Below, piece by piece: positions 49,753 to 61,562 of a DNA stretch of 64,000 bases. Source of the stretch: Candidatus Sulfomarinibacteraceae bacterium (GTDB taxonomy: Bacteria > Acidobacteriota > Thermoanaerobaculia > Thermoanaerobaculales > Sulfomarinibacteraceae); assembly GCA_963796455.1 (NCBI GenBank), contig CAWCLO010000006.1:229765-293764 (forward strand), in the 5' to 3' direction. Below the pieces are notes generated by a model that was given only the letters and a program-made list of their open reading frames with translations, was not told where the DNA came from and did no database searches. The position numbers and the translations under genes were made by a program. The stretch's first letter is position 1, and each line of letters begins with the position of its first letter.

Positions 49753-49810
49753 CAATGGTGCAATGGTGAGGGTGGCACCCATCGAAAGGTGCCGCGCATC
49801 CGGCACCCAT
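49753..49810 (+). repeat. Family-2 intergenic module (copy viii) with two exact GGCACCCAT boxes
   Basis: CAATGGTGCAATGGTGAGGGTGGCACCCATCGAAAGGTGCCGCGCATCCGGCACCCAT. Boxes lie at 49774..49782 and 49802..49810, with the hairpin GGCACC-N8-GGTGCC. Confidence 0.75.
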
Positions 49811-49927
49811 CCCGACCCTTTAATACTCTCCACTCAATAATGCACCCCGAAAACCGTATAGATAAAGAGACCTCGACGATAAACTGGTCTCTAGGAAGGA
49901 CGCCTTTCTCAAGGCGGGGGATTTCTC

Positions 49928-51576
49928 ATGACCAACGGAAACGAGACCGCCACTGGTTACCTCTCAGAGGCAAACAAAAAGAAATTCACGTTGACTGCCG
50001 GCGTCCTCGGAGCGGCATTCCTGATCGGCCAGTTCCTTCTGCCGATGCTCTTGATGTTCGGACTGATGGCCGGCGAGATCACCGGCTTTGGCACAGACGA
50101 CACCCTGTACGCCTATCCGCAGCGATCGGCGGTCCTCGACGACACGCTCTACTACGTGGTTCGCCGAAGCTCGTTGGGCCCGGAGGGATTGCCCGCAGCC
50201 ATAAAACAGCTTGATCTCGACCTCACCCAGCCGCCCGTCGAAACCATCCAGATGCCGGACACGGGAGTGTCGCTGATCGCCAGCGACGGCCGTCTATATG
50301 TCCATTCTCAAACCGAACCGCAGCCATCTGAAAGATAAAGAGCCCATCAAGGTGCGACCCCAGGGCACCCTCCAGGCGGCAATCAGGCAAAGGGTCTTCT
50401 ACCAGGCGCTCCGCCGGTCCTGGAACGCTGGCCCACGTCACTTGTTCTCGCCACGCACTGGGACGAAGGCTGGCAACGCGGCCCCAGCCTCGAGTTGATC
50501 ATGCCCGACCCGGATTGCCGATGCGGCTTTTCCTGGGTGCATGCCATTGCCGATGACAGCGGTCTGCACGTATTCCTCGAGCTCGGATCGACGCTCTACT
50601 ACGGTCTTTGGGACCCGACTTCGGACATCGAAGTCAATTGGCAGCTCGTCGGGTCAGCCGGCCGGAGCTGGTGGCCTCTTTTCGACAACGGCCGACCAGT
50701 CGTTTTCACCCTCACCCCCAGAGATCAAGACGGCGAGTTCGTCGGTCTTCGGCAGCACGAGACAGGCTGGGAGGAGTTCTTCCGCGGGGGCTACGCGCCC
50801 GACTCCGACATCTCGGCCTACCCGTTGTCGGATCCGGGGAGCTTTCTGGTGCTCGCCGGTTCCGGCTACAACAGCAGTATCAAGGCCACGATCGTCCGCG
50901 GTGCGGATATCTCTGACGAATTGATCATCGACGAAGAGATCGAAGAAATCGGCGAAAAACCCGTCGACGATTTCGGCCGCACCATGTACCTCTTCATGGG
51001 CGTCCAGTACGGTGCGACGTTCCTGCTCCCGATGCTGCTGGCCATGATTCTCTCCATCTTGATGAAGCGTCATCGCATCGCCACCGTTCGCACTCAAGAC
51101 GGCGAAGCATCTCATGCTTCCTGACCCGGCGCGCGATCGCCCAGTTCATCGACGCCCTCGTGATGGCCGCACCGGCGGTCCTCGGGATATGGTTTGCCTC
51201 AACGGACTTCTGGACCCCCATTGGTACCTGGCAGAGGGCTTCTGGGAAAGTGTGGGCTCGATTACCCCCATCCTCGGCGGCCTCACGGCTTCCTTCTTGA
51301 TGTTCTTCGTATTCGCCTACACCGAGGGGAAACGCGGTGTGACCCGGGAAGTGGGCTACCAGAATTCGAGTTCTAGGCACCGACCTCCAACCGTGCGGAT
51401 TCTCCCGCGCGCTGGTTCGCAACCTGCTGAAGGTGATCGACGGCTTTTTCAACTTCATGGTCGGAATCATGGTGGTCGCTCTCAGCGAAAACTGGCAGCG
51501 AGTCGGCGACATGGCCGCCCGGACGGTGGTTGTCAACTCGCCCTTGCCCACACCGAATCCAGTGGGAAACGAATAA
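49928..51576 (+). pseudogene. Membrane protein with C-terminal RDD domain, split over at least four frames
   Basis: ORFs 49928..50338 and 50495..51124 form the N-terminal TM and body. Then come LTRRAIAQFIDALVMAAPAVLGIW and GKRGVTPGKWATRIRVLG...LVRNLLKVIDGFFNFMVGIMVVALSENWQRVGDMAARTVVVNS...* (stop 51574..51576), which is RDD-family-like. Confidence 0.55.
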
Positions 51577-51639
51577 GGCGCTGTCCTTCCCTTGCAGCCT
51601 GTGAATGTGGAGGTGGCACCTTTTCGTTGCCCCCGACAA

Positions 51640-52435
51640 CTCACCGAACCGTGCCGTTTGCGACCGGCACCGCAGGGATAGCCCTCGCTATTTTCGCCTC
51701 CTACCTGTGGACCTGGCGTAGCTTTCATCCTTCACCAATGCCATCAAGGTGTGCAGGGATCTGTTCTGTGACTTCGTGATCTATTACTACCCCATGGGGG
51801 AGGCAATCTTCCGCACGGGGCTTCCAGTGGAGGGCTTCCTCTACTCCCCGTTCGTCGCCATCCTGCTGGCGGGTATCCGCCGTTGGGCATCACAGCGTCT
51901 ACCGTTGATCTGGGGCATCCTGCAATCTATTGCCGTGATTCTGTACGTAGTATTGTTCCACCGGCTCGTTCCTGCCGGGCTTCCGATCCAGTTTCTGTTC
52001 GTCGCCCTGCTCCTTTCATCTTTTCCCCTCCCTGCTCAATCTCCTGGCCGGTCAGGTGGGGGTTTCTCATGGTGGTCGCCCTGTTGGGTTCATTCCGCGA
52101 CTCGGGATGGGTGGTAGCCAACCCGCACTCGCAGTACTTCCCGCACTTCGTCCTTCGTCTGGCTGAATTGTCGGGACACGACGGCACGTCCACCTCCCGA
52201 TTCTGTGTTGGGTCGCCATTGGCATCGCGGTCGCGGCACGCGGTTTGGGGTTGACTTCATTCTTTTGACCGTATCAATCGTCTTTTCGAATATCGTCTTC
52301 TTCAACATATTCGGGAGCTTTTACAACTACGGGTATCTCGGCTTCCTGTTCTGCGCCAACCTGTTGCTCATCATCTCGGCGTACGCAGAACTCCTCCCTC
52401 CCTCCTGGGGATCGATTCGAAACAACCGGAGCTAG
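51640..52435 (+). pseudogene. Remnant of a polytopic membrane protein (possibly GT87/DUF2029-like glycosyltransferase), frameshifted
   Basis: DFVIYYYPMGEAIFRTGLPVEGFLYSPFVAILLAGI and later hydrophobic stretches lie in different frames (ORFs 51749..52117, 51883..52254, 52205..52435). The family assignment is weak. Confidence 0.3.
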
Positions 52436-52484
52436 CATCCCGAGACGTCCGTCCTCAAAGCGTCACGCGGCATCCATGAAAATT

Positions 52485-52528
52485 CAGCAATGCGGTATGT
52501 GGCACCAATGGCACCCATATACACCCAT
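52485..52528 (+). repeat. Family-2 intergenic module (copy ix)
   Basis: CAGCAATGCGGTATGTGGCACCAATGGCACCCATATACACCCAT, with the exact box at 52510..52518. Confidence 0.7.
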
Positions 52529-52541
52529 GTTTAACAACACA

Positions 52542-53793
52542 TCAGGGCACCACCGACGACCACGCCGAGGTATCTCCGGTTTCGAAACCGTCGTGAAGGA
52601 GGACGAACGGAATGATGTCGTAGACAAAAGCCTCCCCACCGGGAGGATCGGCTCCAAATGGGAGCGGCCATGACCCATGACAGGTTGGATGCAGCCACCC
52701 CGTAGCTGTACATTGCATGCGCCTGGGGATCTGGAGGATCCAAGATGACCTCAAGATTCCATCCTCTATCCCCTCTTTCATACACGTGAACGGCGCCGGC
52801 ATCCTCCGCCCAGAAGTCATCCTGGTACTTACCAACCAGCAGGGTTCCATCACTGATCGCCAATTTCCTTCCAAAGTTCTCCCAGTACACGAAATTCTGG
52901 GGGTGGAGATTCGCCGAGAGAACCCAGTCATCGTCTATGAACTCCCAGACATAAACCGACCCGAGGCCATAGCCGTCGTGCTCCTCGAGCGACGAGGCGG
53001 CGATCGTACGATTCTGGGAGATGCCGACCGCGAATCCCAGCCCGTTTGCATCCGCGATTGACTTCGAACCCCAGAACGACCACACGCTTTCGCTTCGGGT
53101 CAAAATCCCGATGTATCCGTCCATGCTGGGCGGGGCATCGAATTTCCCCGCCACGAGCACGTCTTCGGTCATGCTCAGCACATCACCGACCCTCGATCCG
53201 TCCCAGGACTCTGCCTCCCAGATCTGGGTGTGCGCCCACACCTCGCCGTTGAACCGATAAAAGGCAATCTCACCGTTGTCCCGAAACGGAAGCCCCACAG
53301 CCATCCAGATCCCCTTCAGGGCGACGGCAGCCCCAAAGTGATCGCTATGGGCGGTGCCATGTGGGTTCGAGATCTTCTGACTGAACTGCCATTGACCATC
53401 GATTCTCCGAAACACGAGGACCACCTGTTCCTGTGACGCACCGACCGCAATGTGGGGACCGTCGATCGACAGTGAACCGCCGGAATTGCAGAACCCCGAA
53501 TATGCAGGGATACCTTCTGGTTCGAGCTCCTCCACGAACTCCCAGCCATCGAGGGTTCTTCCGTAGATATACAAAGCGCCCTGGGTGAGATCGTGCATAT
53601 GACTCGGCGCACATGCAGCCAATGTGTTGCCTGAGATGGCAACGTTGTAACCGTAGCGGTCTCCCGAGACCCCATCTCCTGGTGCCAGAATAAGTGGGGG
53701 AGGAATCTCCTCTGCAGCCGTGGAGTTTGGACCAATAACAACCAACGCCACAAATACTGAAACCAGTCCAACGGTTTTTGGTGTCATTTTCAT
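52542..53793 (-). pseudogene. Secreted FG-GAP-like beta-propeller repeat protein with a FETG-x4-W-S-x-V-V-P tail; one apparent frameshift near 52657
   Basis: Starts MKMTPKTVGLVSVFVALVVIG (signal). It has repeated units such as YGYNVAISGNTLAACAP, FGAAVALKGIWMAVG and GAVHVYE. The main frame is lost after ...SWVMAAP, and the frame of ORF 52542..52931 continues FGADPPGGEAFVYDIIPFVLLHDGFETGDTSAWSSVVP*. Confidence 0.75.
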
Positions 53794-54028
53794 CAGTGTC
53801 TCCCTTGGTCTCGAGACAGCTCCCGTAATAGAACAGGCCGACATACGATGTCCAGCCCAGAAGGGTGACAATTCGAAGATATGGAATCTGGCACCCTCCA
53901 GAACCAATTGCGCTAGCTGCAATTTGGATGCCATAAACCCATGAGCGAATTGAGATCGCCTGGTGAGACAAGTCCATTTTTCGATCCAACCGAATCGCCA
54001 TCTGTCCCAGTTTGAAGCGAAACGGTGC

Positions 54029-54252
54029 CGATCTCATCCTCACAATGAGGTAATGCACATCGTGGTGTGCATGCCCGAACGAATCCGGGACGACGCATTG
54101 GGAAAGGAGGCACCAATCAAACCACCCATTCGGTTCCCTTAATGCGGAAGTGCGGCACCCATCACAGCGATCTGGGCACCCCTCGCTCAAACACCTGGAG
54201 GACGACCCCGGATTGCGAAGGGTGGCGCCCATGGCATACAAGAGGCACCCAT
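54029..54252 (+). repeat. Family-2 cluster (copy vi): one long module plus an array of GGCACCCAT-type boxes in the divergent promoter region
   Basis: CGATCTCATCCTCACAATGAGGTAATGCACATCGTGGTGTGCAT (hairpin ATGCACA/TGTGCAT). Boxes: GGCACCAAT 54109..54117, GGCACCCAT 54154..54162, GGCGCCCAT 54224..54232 (preceded by GGATTGCGAAGGGT) and GGCACCCAT 54244..54252. Confidence 0.75.
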
Positions 54253-54300
54253 GACCTGGTAAACTCACGGTCAAAAGAACAGAAAAAGGAGTCGACGACC

Positions 54301-56130
54301 ATGCGCGATTCACATCGCAGCGCTCTGTTGGCACTCGTCATGGTGGCAGTTGTTGCGGGCACGGGCCCCGCACACGCCAGCGAACCCACCGGGGATCCGG
54401 CCGCCGCCGCACGCGTCACGCTCAAAGGATTTGACGCTCAGGTCCGCCGGGCGATCGAAGACTTCAACGTACCGGGTCTGGCAATCGCGGTAGTGGCCGG
54501 CGGCGAGGTCGTGTACGCGGAAGGTTTCGGCTACCGCGACGTGGACAATGAACTGCCGATGACGTCAGATACGTTGTTCGCCATCGGCTCGACGACCAAG
54601 GCGATGACCGTCACGGTTTTGGGCATGTTGGTTGATGAGGGCAAGATCGACTGGGATACGCCGTTGCGCATCTATCTACCGGGATTCCGGCTCAGCGACC
54701 CTCTGACCACCGAACGCATTACGCCGCGGGACCTCGTAACCCACCGATCGGGGCTGCCGCGGCACGACCTCGTCTGGTACAACAACAACGAAGCGACCAG
54801 GGAAGACGTCGTGACCCGGCTCGCCTACCTCGAGCTGACCGAGGACCTGCGGGCAAAGTTTCAGTACAACAACCTGATGTTCATGACCGCCGGATATCTC
54901 ACGGGCCAGCTCAGCGGCAAGAGTTGGGAAGAAGTGGTTCGCGAGCGCCTGTTCGAGCCCCTCGGCATGCAGCGATCGAATTTCTCGGTGGAGGACTCGA
55001 AGAAAGACGCCGACTACTCGCTGCCCTATCGCGAAAACGACGACGACGAGATTGAACTGATCCCATTTCGAAACATCGACCTCGTCGGCCCGGCCGGTTC
55101 GGTCAACTCCAGCGTTAACGAGATGGCGCGTTGGCTCATATTCAATTTGCGGGGCGGAAAGGTCGGCGACCGCCAGCTGATCAACCCCACCACCCTTGGC
55201 GACATCCATTCGCCCCAGATGACCACGGGAGCCACGCCGGATCGGCCGGACATTTCAGTCTCGACCTACGGGATGGGATGGAGCATCACCACCTACCGCG
55301 GTCATCGTCGTATCTCTCACGGGGGCGGCATCGATGGCTTCATCACCTCGGTCATGTTCTTCCCCGACGATGATCTCGGACTCGTGGTCTTCAACAACCG
55401 CGGGACGGGACTTCCGTCGTTGGTGGCCCAGCACGCCGCCGATCGCATGCTCGGTCTGGAGGAGATCGACTGGATCGGCGAGAGGCTGGAGGAGCGGAAG
55501 AAGGCAAAGGCTGAATCCGAGAAAGCCGAGGAGAAGAAGGAGGCGACCCGCATCGCAGACACCAGCCCATCGCACCCACTCGCTGACTACACCGGCGAAT
55601 ACACAAATCCGGGCTACGGCAGGTTACGAATATCGCTGTCTGGCGAAGCGCTCGAGGCACATTTCAACGGCATCACGGCGCTGCTCGATCACTGGCACTA
55701 CGACGTCTGGAACGGGGCAGAGATCGATGGAGGCGACAAGACCTTCGAGGACGAGAAGTTCATCTTTCGCAGCAACGTGGACGGCTTGATCGCCGCTGTA
55801 GAATCGAATTTGGAGCCGCGAGGCGACCCGATCATTTTCAGGAAACAGACAAACCCGCGACTGTCCGATCCGAAATACCTGCAGGGCTTCGTTGGAATCT
55901 ACGAGATGGCCGACGGCACCAAGCTCCACATCGACCTATCCGGCCAGGTCCTCACCCTCAATATTCCTGGCCAGCAGCTCTTGACCCTCGAGCCCAATCT
56001 CAGCGGTCGCTTCGTGATCAAGGAGATGCGCGTGATCAGCGTCGGCTTCGAGCATGATGACCAAGACCGTGCCGTCAAAGCGATTCTGTACCAGCCCGGC
56101 AGTGTCAACGAGGCGCCGCGTATCGAGTAG
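54301..56130 (+). CDS. Secreted serine hydrolase of the beta-lactamase (class C / PBP-like) family with a DUF3471-like C-terminal domain
   Basis: AAAAAGGAG RBS and the signal MRDSHRSALLALVMVAVVAGTGPAHA. Motifs include S-x-x-K (FAIGSTTKAMT) and YNN. The C-terminal YTGEYTNPGYGRLRISL pattern fits DUF3471. Confidence 0.9.
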   Translation: MRDSHRSALLALVMVAVVAGTGPAHASEPTGDPAAAARVTLKGFDAQVRRAIEDFNVPGLAIAVVAGGEVVYAEGFGYRDVDNELPMTSDTLFAIGSTTKAMTVTVLGMLVDEGKIDWDTPLRIYLPGFRLSDPLTTERITPRDLVTHRSGLPRHDLVWYNNNEATREDVVTRLAYLELTEDLRAKFQYNNLMFMTAGYLTGQLSGKSWEEVVRERLFEPLGMQRSNFSVEDSKKDADYSLPYRENDDDEIELIPFRNIDLVGPAGSVNSSVNEMARWLIFNLRGGKVGDRQLINPTTLGDIHSPQMTTGATPDRPDISVSTYGMGWSITTYRGHRRISHGGGIDGFITSVMFFPDDDLGLVVFNNRGTGLPSLVAQHAADRMLGLEEIDWIGERLEERKKAKAESEKAEEKKEATRIADTSPSHPLADYTGEYTNPGYGRLRISLSGEALEAHFNGITALLDHWHYDVWNGAEIDGGDKTFEDEKFIFRSNVDGLIAAVESNLEPRGDPIIFRKQTNPRLSDPKYLQGFVGIYEMADGTKLHIDLSGQVLTLNIPGQQLLTLEPNLSGRFVIKEMRVISVGFEHDDQDRAVKAILYQPGSVNEAPRIE

Positions 56131-56138
56131 CCGACGAT

Positions 56139-56250
56139 GCAGTGGCCCATGGTGTCACCCATGCACAAAGAATGAGTGATTGCGAAGGGTGGCACCCATG
56201 ATACCCATAGCCGAGGTAATCCGCAGTGTGGCTCCCAGGGGGTGCCAGTG
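56139..56250 (+). repeat. Family-2 modules (copy vii, two tandem cores) in the convergent gap
   Basis: GCAGTGGCCCATGGTGTCACCCAT, then AATGAGTGATTGCGAAGGGTGGCACCCATGATACCCAT (box 56191..56199), then CCGAGGTAATCCGCAGTGTGGCTCCCAGGGGGTGCCAGTG. Confidence 0.75.
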
Positions 56251-56256
56251 GGATTG

Positions 56257-57510
56257 CTACGGGCAGGTCGCGAATGCCGTTGTGTCGGTAATCGTATCTG
56301 CCGGATGACCTTCTTGGTTTGAATAGAGCCTTCTTGCACCGGTCTCGGTATCCGTCACAGTTACGTTGAACGCAACATTCGTGGTTGCCGCAAAAAAGAC
56401 CCAATAGTTATTATTCATCGGGCATCCATTGAGGACCTTGAGCAAGAATTCCAGATTGTTCGGGTTGCTGTAGTAAAACATCCCCGCATCAGCCGTTCGA
56501 AGACTCGACACAAACGCCGGTTTGAATGCGGTTTCCCCGCTGCCGTGCCACTCGATCTTGACCTCGAATCGATCCCCTTCTCCCAAGCATATCTCCCGGT
56601 CGGTGTTGACGCAGCTGCCGCCACTTGGGGGCTGGGACGCACCGTAGTCATCCCAAATTGTTCGGCATTCTGCGTGGCGGAACTCAGAATAGTCGGCGAA
56701 GAGCAATGAAAGATCGAAATTCGCGGTCTTGCCGATTCTCAATGCGGAATTGCTTCCGTCGATGTGCACTCCGTCGATGAACGTAAAAAATGCATCGAGG
56801 ATTTCGTTGTTTGCATCACTGACTGCACAGGCCACCCTTCCGAATTTCAGATCGGCGACACCGGTGTTTTTGACAACCCCGGACAAATCTACTTCCCCTT
56901 TATAGTCTTCGGAGGCCCAGGGCCCCTGCCACAGAACAAGGTTTGCATCAGGTGTCGCTGACGTGTAGGTCCTACTGTCAAAACTGTAGTAGACACCATC
57001 GGTATTGGTGGGAGTTTCGACATAGAAACTGAAAAACCCCGTCTCACCCGGTCGAAGGCAGGTGCCGGTCTCGATGTCCGACGATGTCATGGTCAGATTG
57101 GTACCGTATATGTAGGTGTAATCATTCTCAATGGCATTCCCCGAGGAGTCGCGAAGCTCTACCTCGAACTTGACGAACGAATACGTTCTTGATCCTACGT
57201 TCTTTACTCTTCCCATGTAGACAAACTTGTTGTCGTACGCATATCGGTAGAAGAGTTCATTTCCAACGAGTTCGAGAGATGTCGATTTCTCGGTTCCGGA
57301 GGGATGGCTCCCGTCGAATGGGATTTTTTCCCTGACCTTTTGGATGCGCTCGTTCCTCTTCAATAGTTCAACGTGTCTTTCAAGGTCGCTTCGGTCATCA
57401 AGGACTTTACTGGCTTTGACCTCTTTCAAGATGGCGACAGGATCAGAGGCCAGGAGGTTCCCGCAATAGCAAAAAACCACGGCGAGCATGACGAACGCTA
57501 TCTTTTTCAT
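56257..57510 (-). CDS. Secreted hypothetical protein in an AT-richer patch
   Basis: Starts MKKIAFVMLAVVFCYCGNLLA (internal ATG of ORF 56257..57540). The body is beta-rich, with a Cys-bounded C-terminal module ...RFEVKIEWHG...LEFLLKVLNGCPMNNNYWVFFAATTNVAFNVTVTDTETG...TTAFATCP*. Confidence 0.65.
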   Translation of the reverse strand: MKKIAFVMLAVVFCYCGNLLASDPVAILKEVKASKVLDDRSDLERHVELLKRNERIQKVREKIPFDGSHPSGTEKSTSLELVGNELFYRYAYDNKFVYMGRVKNVGSRTYSFVKFEVELRDSSGNAIENDYTYIYGTNLTMTSSDIETGTCLRPGETGFFSFYVETPTNTDGVYYSFDSRTYTSATPDANLVLWQGPWASEDYKGEVDLSGVVKNTGVADLKFGRVACAVSDANNEILDAFFTFIDGVHIDGSNSALRIGKTANFDLSLLFADYSEFRHAECRTIWDDYGASQPPSGGSCVNTDREICLGEGDRFEVKIEWHGSGETAFKPAFVSSLRTADAGMFYYSNPNNLEFLLKVLNGCPMNNNYWVFFAATTNVAFNVTVTDTETGARRLYSNQEGHPADTITDTTAFATCP

Positions 57511-57770
57511 GGTGTCTCCAAACTCGGTTAGTCCACGCAATCATTCGGAAAATCGTTTTTACTCAAAACCACCCTTGAGGCCTCTATGCCTTCCTGCCCT
57601 CTGTACGTTTTTCAAAGAATCTCTGCGGCAAGAAGACGTAAACCCGAACTCACCATTTCCCAAGAGCGCAACTTGCATGCCAGGGTTGAGACCAAGCAGC
57701 CACCGAGCGATTCGTTCCCGATGTCTCAAAACGCAGCAGATTAAGAAAACATGTCCCGTATTGGCTCGAT

Positions 57771-57815
57771 GTGGGTAGTGATCGCATGGATTGAATTGCG
57801 ATGGCTGGCACCCAT
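57771..57815 (+). repeat. Family-2 intergenic module (copy x, degenerate)
   Basis: GTGGGTAGTGATCGCATGGATTGAATTGCGATGGCTGGCACCCAT, with the exact box at 57807..57815. Confidence 0.6.
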
Positions 57816-57836
57816 AGGAGAATGTGCTGAGCATCC

Positions 57837-57888
57837 ATGTCATCCTGAGCGAAGGCACCATCCGATGGCTCCGCAGTCGAACGATCCG
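57837..57888 (+). repeat. Family-1 REP/MITE-like repeat, single copy
   Basis: ATGTCATCCTGAGCGAAGGCACCATCCGATGGCTCCGCAGTCGAACGATCC. Confidence 0.7.
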
Positions 57889-57987
57889 GGCAAGCCCCCC
57901 AAACACCTGGACGAGGACTCCGTATACTCGGTCAGCCCGCTGAGGTAATTGAATCTGATTGAGTGAATCGACCAAGGAGGATTGGTG

Positions 57988-61284
<3,297 letters not shown>

Positions 61285-61307
61285 GGACCTTCTTCATTCA
61301 ACCAAAC

Positions 61308-61335
61308 GCCGGCGGGACAACCCGCCGGCTTTTTT
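61308..61335 (+). terminator. Rho-independent terminator of the tricorn-like protease gene
   Basis: GCCGGCGGG-ACAA-CCCGCCGGC followed by TTTTTT, 24 nt after the stop. Confidence 0.9.
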
Positions 61336-61342
61336 GATTCCA

Positions 61343-61391
61343 GGTGGCCGGCACAAACCTCTCACGCGCCTTTCATCTGGGTGGCACCCAT
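61343..61391 (+). repeat. Family-2 intergenic module (copy xi)
   Basis: GGTGGCCGGCACAAACCTCTCACGCGCCTTTCATCTGGGTGGCACCCAT, with the exact box at 61383..61391, immediately after the terminator T-run. Confidence 0.65.
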
Positions 61392-61562
61392 CCACGATTG
61401 GCCAGGTGCTCATTTGACATTAACGCAAACGAGTCCTGAGTCTTAAAAAAACAGAAACTACATCGAAGAAACGTGAAGGGGGATCGCATCGCCAACGCGT
61501 CGGTGGCGCCCGCAGATACGGCGCCTCCGGTCCATTTCGAATACTGCCGAAAAGGTGGATAT

